From Clostridia bacterium (GTDB lineage: Bacteria > Bacillota > Clostridia > Christensenellales > Aristaeellaceae), in assembly GCA_017501255.1 (NCBI GenBank), contig JAFVXE010000018.1, forward strand, positions 49,950-113,949: 64,000 bases of DNA, in the 5' to 3' direction. Made by a program: the position numbers and the translations under genes. Under the pieces are notes generated by a model. That model did not search any database. It was not told the DNA's origin and saw only the letters and a program-made list of their open reading frames with translations. Shown here one piece after another: positions 57,397 to 64,000 of this stretch (position 1 is the first letter of the stretch; every line of letters starts with the position of its first letter).

Positions 57397-57418
57397 GCAG
57401 GCTTCGGCCTGCTTTTTC
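57397..57418 (+). terminator. rho-independent terminator after the antitoxin
   Basis: GCAGGC-TTCG-GCCTGC followed by TTTTT. A second hairpin plus T7 lies at ~57441-57468. Confidence 0.75.
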
Positions 57419-57476
57419 TTTATCCTCCGCCGTCACTTCCGCAAGCGCTTGCGCTTTTTTTCAGGGAAGGACGGTA

Positions 57477-57649
57477 TTTGTCATGGTTTGTCATGGGTTT
57501 GTCCGGTGATTTGGCATGGGCCTAAATCATTGTGGAACAAGGGATTTCTTTGATTCGTCATATTTGTCATGGAAACGATAAAGCTAATTTTGAAGTCATT
57601 TATTCTTTATTTTGAAACATAATATTATGACAGTAACAATGACAGTAAC
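57477..57649. repeat. integrase arm-type site cluster (right arm)
   Basis: TTTGTCATGG at 57477, 57487 and 57563. TGACAGTAAC at 57628 and 57640 (12-bp period), matching the left-arm sites. Confidence 0.6.
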
Positions 57650-57749
57650 GGTGATGAGACTAGATGTTCTTTGTTACTATTTTAGAGGCAGAAACACATT
57701 GAATTTATGGACTTGATGGTGCTGGATGATCCTGCATAAAACTACTGTT

Positions 57750-57799
57750 CAACACTGGCAGTGTTGGGGTCAGGAGTTCGAGTCTCCTATGCTCCACCA
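57750..57799 (+). repeat. attR: exact 50-nt copy of tRNA-Ala nt 27-76 (anticodon stem to CCA)
   Basis: Checked base by base against 25897-25946: identical 50/50. The base before the block differs. Confidence 0.9.
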
Positions 57800-57800
57800 G

Positions 57801-57832
57801 AATCGGAAATTCGTAAGGATTTCCGATTTTTT
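57801..57832 (+). terminator. native-looking tRNA terminator downstream of attR
   Basis: AATCGGAAAT/ATTTCCGATT stem followed by TTTTTT. Confidence 0.7.
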
Positions 57833-57875
57833 CATTTATCCGGACAGATGCGGAAGCAGTCCTTAGATCGGGAGG

Positions 57876-58283
57876 ATGGAGCATATGGGAAAGGAAAGAC
57901 AATCCAATTTCGAATTGCTGAAAATCATTTCGATGCTTGGCGTTATTGTTCTGCACTATAATCACCCGACAATTGGCGGGGCCTTTCAGTATGTATCCTT
58001 TTATTCTACAAAAGGTATGGTGCTGTACTTTCTGGAATGCGCTTTTGTTTCTGCCGTCAACGTGTTTATGCTGATCTCCGGCTACTTTATGGGCGGATCC
58101 AAATCCAGCGGATTGATGCTATTGATCCATTTGGCGGCAACCTGTGTGGCGATCTGTTTTGTCTGCTGGGTTGCCCAGATACTCTTTGACTGGATCACTG
58201 CGCCGCTGTACCGTTGGATTGACCAGCGGACAAAAGCGATCATTCACATCGAAAACTGTCTGCAAAACGATGCACAATCATGA
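57876..58283 (+). pseudogene. acyltransferase-3 family remnant (internally deleted)
   Basis: The N-terminus (NFELLKIISMLGVIVLHYNH...MLISGYF) is typical of ~350 aa membrane acyltransferases, but this ORF is only 135 aa. Confidence 0.45.
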
Positions 58284-58288
58284 ATGTT

Positions 58289-58326
58289 CACCAGAATCTT
58301 TTCAGATTCTGGTGATTTTCTTTTTT
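58289..58326 (+). terminator. rho-independent terminator
   Basis: CACCAGAATC/GATTCTGGTG stem followed by ATTTTCTTTTTT. Confidence 0.7.
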
Positions 58327-58505
58327 CACAAGCGCATATCTCCTCTCCCCACGGCATCTGTCATCCTGCGCCGGATATTGCGACAAAACTTGCGTTTTTC
58401 ATCAGAAAACCTTTGCGCAAAATCTTGCCATTTTGATGATTTGATAGTATAGTACAGGGTGAAAACCCCACTGCATTCAAGCGTGATAACAAGGAGGATT
58501 CTCTT

Positions 58506-60086
58506 ATGATCGCCTGGAAGAACTTGGACACTCTGGCTTCCTATCAGGAGCTTCAAAAAACCGAACCCATCGCTCTGGCCGCCGCCATGGCTGGCGAAGC
58601 CGGTGCCGAGCGTGTGAAGGGCTATACGGTTCCCATGGGCAAGGGTCTGGATTTCAATTTTGCCGCCCGTCCCGTAAACGATGAGATTCTGGAAAAGCTG
58701 GCTCAGCTGGCCAAGGAAGCCCAGCTGACCGAAAAGTATGCCGCTCTGTACAACGGCGCTGTGATCAACACCGGCGAAAAGCGCATGGTGCTGCATCACC
58801 TGACCCGTGGTCAGCAGGGCGATGACGTGGTGGCCGATGGCGTCAACAAGCGTGCTTTCTATCTGGAACAGCAGAAGAAGGTTGCCGAGCTGGCGGGCAA
58901 GGTGCACGCCGGTGAAATCACCAATGCTGCTGGCGAAAAGTTCACCACGGTTGTGCAGATCGGTATCGGCGGCAGCGATCTGGGCCCCCGCGCCATGTAT
59001 CTGGCGCTGGAAAACTGGGCCAAGGTCAACGGCACCCACAAGATGAAGGCCGAGTTCATCAGCAATGTGGACCCGGACGATGCTGCCGGTGTGCTGAGCA
59101 AGATCGATGTGGCTCATTCCATTTTCGTGCTGGTTTCCAAGTCCGGCACCACGCTGGAAACCCTGACCAATGAATCCTTCGTGAAGGATGCTTTGGCCAA
59201 GGCCGGTCTGGATGCTTCCAAGCACATGATCGCCGTCACCAGCGAAACCTCTCCCCTGGCCAAGAGCGCTGATTATCTGGCTGCTTTCTTCATGGACGAT
59301 TACATCGGCGGCCGCTATTCCTCCACCTCTGCGGTGGGCGGCGCTGTGCTGAGCCTGGCTTTCGGCCCCGAAGTGTTCGAGCGCTTCCTCAATGGCGCTG
59401 CTGAGCAGGATGCGCTGGCCAAGAACGAGGATCTCCTCCAGAACCCCGCCATGCTGGATGCGCTGATCGGCGTGTACGAGCGCAATGTGCTGGGCTATCC
59501 CACCACTGCCGTGCTGCCCTATTCTCAGGCGCTGAGCCGCTTCCCCGCTCATTTGCAGCAGCTGGATATGGAATCCAACGGCAAGAGCGTCAACCGTGAC
59601 GGCGAGCCCGTTTCCTACCTGACCGGCCCCGCCATCTTCGGCGAACCCGGCACCAATGGTCAGCACAGCTTCTATCAGCTGCTGCACCAGGGCACCGATA
59701 TCGTGCCGCTGCAGTTTGTGGGCTTCCGCCGCAGCCAGATGGAGTCCGACGTGGTCATTCAGGGCACCACCAGCCAGCAGAAGCTGTGCGCCAACGTGGC
59801 TGCTCAGATCGTGGCCTTCGCCTGCGGCAAGGATGACGAAAACCGCAACAAGTACTTTGCCGGCGGCCGTCCCTCCAGCATCATCATCGGCGATCAGCTG
59901 ACCCCCGAAACGCTGGGCGCTCTGCTGGCTCACTTCGAGAACAAGGTGATGTTCCAGGGCTTCCTCTGGAACCTGAACAGCTTTGATCAGGAAGGAGTGC
60001 AGCTGGGCAAGGTGCTGGCCACCCGTGTGCTCAAGGGCGAAACCGACGGCGCTCTCAAGGTGTACAGCGATCTGCTGGGCATCTGA
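58506..60086 (+). CDS. pgi: glucose-6-phosphate isomerase
   Basis: 526 aa with conserved PGI motifs (IGIGGSDLGP, SKSGTTLET). Promoter TTGCCA-17-TATAGT upstream. Confidence 0.95.
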   Translation: MIAWKNLDTLASYQELQKTEPIALAAAMAGEAGAERVKGYTVPMGKGLDFNFAARPVNDEILEKLAQLAKEAQLTEKYAALYNGAVINTGEKRMVLHHLTRGQQGDDVVADGVNKRAFYLEQQKKVAELAGKVHAGEITNAAGEKFTTVVQIGIGGSDLGPRAMYLALENWAKVNGTHKMKAEFISNVDPDDAAGVLSKIDVAHSIFVLVSKSGTTLETLTNESFVKDALAKAGLDASKHMIAVTSETSPLAKSADYLAAFFMDDYIGGRYSSTSAVGGAVLSLAFGPEVFERFLNGAAEQDALAKNEDLLQNPAMLDALIGVYERNVLGYPTTAVLPYSQALSRFPAHLQQLDMESNGKSVNRDGEPVSYLTGPAIFGEPGTNGQHSFYQLLHQGTDIVPLQFVGFRRSQMESDVVIQGTTSQQKLCANVAAQIVAFACGKDDENRNKYFAGGRPSSIIIGDQLTPETLGALLAHFENKVMFQGFLWNLNSFDQEGVQLGKVLATRVLKGETDGALKVYSDLLGI

Positions 60087-60107
60087 TCAACAAACGGATA
60101 TTCAAAA

Positions 60108-60323
60108 GGGGCGATTGCTTGTGCAACCGCCCCTTAGATCGTTGAAAAAGGGGAAGGTGCAGGAAACTCAGTTTCCTGCCGGGTGTGGGCGGAGCCCACA
60201 TTCCTTACGCCGCAGCGTTTTCAAGCAAGCACAGCGAGCGCCAAAGGCGCAAGATGTGCGGCTTCGATCAAATCGTATGGGTTTATCGACAGTCTGAGGG
60301 GCGGTTGCTTGTGCAACCGCCCC
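60108..60323. repeat. paired GC-rich hairpin module
   Basis: GGGGCGATTGCTTGTGCAACCGCCCC (60108-33) and GGGGCGGTTGCTTGTGCAACCGCCCC (60298-323) flank 164 bp containing three further hairpins. Confidence 0.55.
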
Positions 60324-60337
60324 TTTGCTTATTCCAT

Positions 60338-62572
60338 TCACAGATGGCTCCTGTACCGGCTGACGAACCAAACCGCTGCCAGCAGTACCACCAGACTGAT
60401 GCCCACCAATCCCCAGCCGGTTCCATCCGCTGGTCCATCAGCCGGGCGGAAATCCTCCGGGAACATCCTGCCGGTATCAACGGGCGAGGATGTGAAAGCA
60501 TCCCCTTTGGCATGATCTCCTGCCTGTTCACCAGAACCGGGACGGCTGCCGGTCGGAGCGCCGCCACCCATGGGGCCTCCGCCGCCCATACTGCCCATGC
60601 TGCCCATCTCGGACAGGTTCAGATGGGAGGCATCCACCAGCGTATCCGCATTGCGTTGACCCTCGCTGGTGGCGGGAATGGTGCCGTCCAGCTGCCCACG
60701 GACGCTCTGCGCCCGCAGCAGGCAGAATTCCCGGAGCGTTTCCACACCGGTCTGGAATTCTTCATAGGAGCAGAATGCAGTGGGGTCGCTCTCCACATAG
60801 GGGGCAATCAGGTCCACCACACGCTGAAGCTCATCGGCAAACCAACCGCTTTCAAAAGCCTCGCTGATAAACTGGGAGTAGGCGTCATGATAGGCTGCCA
60901 CGGTTTCCTCGCTGTCAAAAATCCAGGAAACCATGGGACGGGAGGCCAGATTGCCACCCGTCACCGGGCTGTCGATGGGCTGGTTGACGGTGCTGGTTGC
61001 ACCGCTTCCACCAAAGCCGCCGCCCATGCCGAAGCCGCCAAAGGCCAGATTGTTGTCCCAGGGCAGCATGGACAGTACGCCGTCCTTTTCATGCAGATAG
61101 TAATTGTGCACCATCATGCCGGTATAGCTGTCATCGTTGCACAGGAAGCTGTGCACCGCCAGATACCGGATGACCGCATCCGTATCCACCACAGAGGTAT
61201 CGCCCTGGGACAGGGCTTTCAGCGAAGCGATCAACCGCTGCTGATCCGCATCCGTCACATCTGTTTTGGCGTTATTAAAGATATTGCTGTAGCTGTCGGG
61301 ATCATCATCGGAGTATTGCAGCTGTACATCGGAGCCACCCATACCGCCAAAACCGCCGAAGCCACCGAAACCGCCGAAATCGCCGGAGGGACGGCGGGAC
61401 TGACGGTCTTCGTTGCTGGTTTTGGTTGCACCGCTGACTGCTTCGCCGGTGGATTCCGAGCCTGCCGTATTGTCGCTGGGGACGAATTCGCCGGGCATTG
61501 CCATGCCACCCTCCGGCGGGGTGAAGCCACTGGGCATTGTTGCGCTGCCCTCCGGCGGGGTGAAGCCGCTGGGCATTGTCATACCACCCTCAGGGGGGGT
61601 GAAGCCGCCGGGCATTGCCATGCCACCCTCAGGGGGTGTAAAGCCGCCGGGCATTGCCATGCCACCTTCAGGCGTGGTGAAACCACCGGGCATTGTTTCG
61701 CTGCCCTCCGGCGGTGTAAAGCCGCTGGGCATTGCTGCTTCACCCTCAGGGGGCGTAAAACTACCGGGCATTTCCATGCCACCCTCAGGTAACGCAAACC
61801 CTTCCGGCATCTGCATCCCCTCAGGCATCATCCAGTCCCACTGCCCGCCGCCGGGAATATCGCTGCTTTCTTCACCAGCTTCGGTATCCTGCTCCATCCG
61901 CTGACGGAAATCATCCATATCGAAGCCCTTGCCATTGCCCCGTCCGCCGCCGAAGGACATACTGTCCGGCTTGTACAGGTCGCCGGTATCATTGCCGTAG
62001 TTGCGGCGCAGGAAGCTGTCTTCCACGCCCTCCACCGCCAGATACAGGCCCCAGGGCTGACTGTTCACGTTGATCTGCACAAAACTACAAAGGGGCGCGG
62101 CTGCCCCGCCCTTGTGCATCAGGGTATAGGCCAGATAATCCTTGAGATAGGTGTTGTCCTGAATCAGATTGTTCAGGCTCAACTTGTCCAGCCCGTGATA
62201 GCTGCTGCCGGGCTGATAATGGTCAAACTCAATTTTGAAGGAATACCGGTTGTTACCGTATTGCTGCACCGAGGACAGGGAGGTGTTGCCCTTGGCACGA
62301 ATGGCTACATTCTTGTAGCTTTCCCCGTCGATGACCACGTGACAGGGCACGTATTCCTCATCGGTACAGGTGGCCAGAAAGCCTTCCCAGTCCTCCATGA
62401 CGATGTCAATGGTATGCACCCGGGCGGTATCGAACAGTCGGTTTTCATAGCCCAGGGTGCGCTGGGAGGCAATCAGCCCCGATGCGCCTGCGCCCAGATA
62501 GCCGCAGGTGATCAGCAGCACAAGGGCCAGCACGATGCAGCAGACCCGGTCAATGTTTCTGTGCTTGAGCAT
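60338..62572 (-). CDS. CotH kinase-family protein with Pro/Gly/Met-rich tandem repeats and C-terminal TM anchor
   Basis: 744 aa: N-terminal TM/signal, CotH-like N-terminal and C-terminal halves interrupted by the repeats, then a C-terminal hydrophobic helix. Confidence 0.85.
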   Translation of the reverse strand: MLKHRNIDRVCCIVLALVLLITCGYLGAGASGLIASQRTLGYENRLFDTARVHTIDIVMEDWEGFLATCTDEEYVPCHVVIDGESYKNVAIRAKGNTSLSSVQQYGNNRYSFKIEFDHYQPGSSYHGLDKLSLNNLIQDNTYLKDYLAYTLMHKGGAAAPLCSFVQINVNSQPWGLYLAVEGVEDSFLRRNYGNDTGDLYKPDSMSFGGGRGNGKGFDMDDFRQRMEQDTEAGEESSDIPGGGQWDWMMPEGMQMPEGFALPEGGMEMPGSFTPPEGEAAMPSGFTPPEGSETMPGGFTTPEGGMAMPGGFTPPEGGMAMPGGFTPPEGGMTMPSGFTPPEGSATMPSGFTPPEGGMAMPGEFVPSDNTAGSESTGEAVSGATKTSNEDRQSRRPSGDFGGFGGFGGFGGMGGSDVQLQYSDDDPDSYSNIFNNAKTDVTDADQQRLIASLKALSQGDTSVVDTDAVIRYLAVHSFLCNDDSYTGMMVHNYYLHEKDGVLSMLPWDNNLAFGGFGMGGGFGGSGATSTVNQPIDSPVTGGNLASRPMVSWIFDSEETVAAYHDAYSQFISEAFESGWFADELQRVVDLIAPYVESDPTAFCSYEEFQTGVETLREFCLLRAQSVRGQLDGTIPATSEGQRNADTLVDASHLNLSEMGSMGSMGGGGPMGGGAPTGSRPGSGEQAGDHAKGDAFTSSPVDTGRMFPEDFRPADGPADGTGWGLVGISLVVLLAAVWFVSRYRSHL
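61487..61830 (-). repeat. in-frame 39-nt tandem repeat (~9 copies) inside the CotH gene
   Basis: GGGCATTG recurs at 61493, 61532, 61571, 61610, 61649, 61688, 61727 and 61766 (exact 39-nt period). Encodes PEGGMAMPGGFTP-type units. Confidence 0.85.
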
Positions 62573-62578
62573 TCATCC

Positions 62579-63253
62579 TCACCCCAGATAGTCGCCGTTG
62601 TAGCTGACCAGCACTGCGCTGCGCACGCCCTCCTGCTGGGCCAGCAGTGAGATGAAATCGGTGTTTTCATCCTTGAGGCGCACCTCGTAGTTCAGCTCAA
62701 TCAGTCCATCCTGCACGGTTTTGCTCTTGATGACCGCCTTCTGGGTCTGCTGGGTCAGGGTGTCCACCACCCGCTTCTCGGCCTCAAAATCCTGGCAGGA
62801 AATAACGGCAATATAGGGGTTGGCGGCTGCCTTGCGGTTGAGGAACAACAGCAGCACCACGCCAATGGCCACGCTGCCGAACACTGCCAGTGGAATCATC
62901 CCGGCTGCCAGCACAATGCCTGCGGCGATGGACCAGAACAGGAAGGCGATCTCCATGGGTTCCTTGATGGCGGTGCGGAAACGCACAATGGACAGGGCGC
63001 CCACCATGCCCAGGGACAACACCACATTGCTGGTAACTGCCAGAATGGTCATGGCGGTAATCATGCAAAGGGCCACCAGCGTGCCACCGAAGGAGGAGGA
63101 ATACATCACGCCGGAGTAGGTTTTCTTGTAGACAAAGAAAATGAACAGGCCCAGTCCAAAGGCAAGAACAAGGGTGATGAGCATATCCAGCAGGCTGACG
63201 CTGGTTACGTTTTCAAGAAAGCTGGATTTGAAAATATCATTGAAGGTAGTCAT
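62579..63253 (-). CDS. DUF4956 family membrane protein
   Basis: 224 aa, multi-TM, with SLGMVGALSIVRFRTAIK, which I recall as the DUF4956 signature. Confidence 0.75.
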   Translation of the reverse strand: MTTFNDIFKSSFLENVTSVSLLDMLITLVLAFGLGLFIFFVYKKTYSGVMYSSSFGGTLVALCMITAMTILAVTSNVVLSLGMVGALSIVRFRTAIKEPMEIAFLFWSIAAGIVLAAGMIPLAVFGSVAIGVVLLLFLNRKAAANPYIAVISCQDFEAEKRVVDTLTQQTQKAVIKSKTVQDGLIELNYEVRLKDENTDFISLLAQQEGVRSAVLVSYNGDYLG

Positions 63254-63315
63254 GGCGGTTCGTTCCTTTCATGCTTGATTTTCAGAGAAAGTGTCTCCTG
63301 TTTTGATCCGGTATT

Positions 63316-63987
63316 TTATCCGTAGATCCGGCAGGCTGCGTACTTGGAAAAAGCGGTGGCCCGCCGGTCGCCCAGCTGAATGGCCCGCTTGATGGGCGTG
63401 GGCAGGAATTCATCCCACTTCACTTCCAGCACGATGGCGTTGCCTGTGGGAATGGTGGGACAGGCGGGGTTGAGAAAATCGGTGCAGCGCAGGCCGGTGC
63501 GGATGTTCTCATCCACCGTGATGCGCACATTGCCGGGGCCGTAGACAAAGGGGGTGCGGATGTAGTCCACAATGGTGGAGGGACGCAGACCCTGCGCCTT
63601 CATCTTGCTGTACAGCTCAATGAGCAGCGGGCGGCCGCTGGATGCCATCCAGAGGGTATCCCCCTCCACGATGCGCTGGGCCTCCTGAGCCGTCAGCGGT
63701 GCGGATTGCTTGCGGGACAGGCCGTTTTCCTTCTCCTTCTTCTCCAGATGAATCAGAGAGGGATCGCCGTTGTAATAGCGGATGCGGAACTTTTCCCGGT
63801 GATTGACCCCATCCAGCTTTTCCCGGAGGGCTTTGTCGTACAGATTGTCAAAATACAGGCTTCGGATGGTATATTGTCCGCCCGGTCCGGCGTGGGGGTC
63901 GGGACGGGCGACGACCCGGAGCCTTGCACAAAGGGCGGCTTTATCTGCGGGGTTGATGATGTGCTTTACCTCGTTGCGGTAAACCAT
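63316..63987 (-). CDS. VTC-domain (polyphosphate polymerase / triphosphate-tunnel) protein
   Basis: 223 aa. YRNEVKHII...IRSLYFDN...REKFRIRYY matches the bacterial VTC-domain pattern. Confidence 0.75.
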   Translation of the reverse strand: MVYRNEVKHIINPADKAALCARLRVVARPDPHAGPGGQYTIRSLYFDNLYDKALREKLDGVNHREKFRIRYYNGDPSLIHLEKKEKENGLSRKQSAPLTAQEAQRIVEGDTLWMASSGRPLLIELYSKMKAQGLRPSTIVDYIRTPFVYGPGNVRITVDENIRTGLRCTDFLNPACPTIPTGNAIVLEVKWDEFLPTPIKRAIQLGDRRATAFSKYAACRIYG

Positions 63988-64000
63988 GTGCCTGATAACG

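Larger units (their letters stand above)
46377..57799. mobile_element. ~11.4 kb tRNA-Ala-targeting phage-satellite-like island / cryptic prophage remnant (element B)
   Basis: Gene order is int, CI-like, xis-like, primase/helicase-like, nucleases, sigma, accessory genes, HigBA. No capsid, terminase or lysis genes. Arm-type repeats at both ends. 50-nt tRNA-identical block at the right end. Confidence 0.7.

Noticed and set aside
57761-57961. 66-aa ORF continuing from the tRNA fragment. It raised the idea that island B inserted into a longer serine-recombinase ORF, with this as its lost C-terminus.
   Set aside because: The frame runs through a terminator hairpin and overlaps the acyltransferase remnant. 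The sequence right of attR looks like a native tRNA terminator, so a tRNA-locus origin is more economical.
61487-61830. Regular 39-nt repeats as a possible CRISPR array.
   Set aside because: The units are contiguous with no unique spacers. They are in frame within the CotH ORF and encode a coherent peptide repeat. No cas genes are present.

Overview
High-GC (~60%) Clostridia-type chromosomal segment. The gene content resembles Oscillospiraceae/Faecalibacterium, but that is inference only.

**Core genes**
- An frr-uppS-cdsA-dxr-rseP block, pfkA and pgi.
- A complete pstSCAB-phoU plus response regulator/histidine kinase phosphate module, downstream of an intact tRNA-Ala(GGC).
- cstA, a MacAB/HlyD-like efflux trio, and a P-type ATPase.
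- A CotH-DUF4956-VTC trio at the right edge.

**Cis-regulatory RNAs readable from the sequence**
- A yybP-ykoY (Mn2+) riboswitch with an overlapping terminator, ahead of the P-type ATPase.
- A canonical T-box leader ahead of cstA, which is an unusual target.

**Mobile region, 39.85-57.8 kb (lower GC)**
- A: a mobilisable module with MobA/MobL relaxase, XRE-sigma pair, Phd/ParE toxin-antitoxin pair and large serine recombinase.
- B: an ~11.4 kb phage-satellite-like island. It carries tyrosine integrase, CI-like repressor, Xis-like HTH, CHC2 zinc finger plus DUF3987 replication genes, three nucleases, a sigma factor and HigBA. It has no capsid, terminase or lysis genes.
- B ends in an exact 50-nt copy of the tRNA-Ala 3' part (attR). 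Only the last 11 nt of that block survive at its left end, inside the 3' end of the serine recombinase ORF.

**Most unusual feature**
An ORF-free ~1 kb stretch inside B (54.2-55.2 kb) has a GC-rich core with nested helices. I flag it as a candidate large structured RNA, together with a second structured GC-rich leader at 56.0-56.2 kb.

**Other**
- Several paired GC-rich palindromic intergenic modules occur in the core.
- No CRISPR array or rRNA was seen.
- Many long antisense ORFs in the track are high-GC artefacts.
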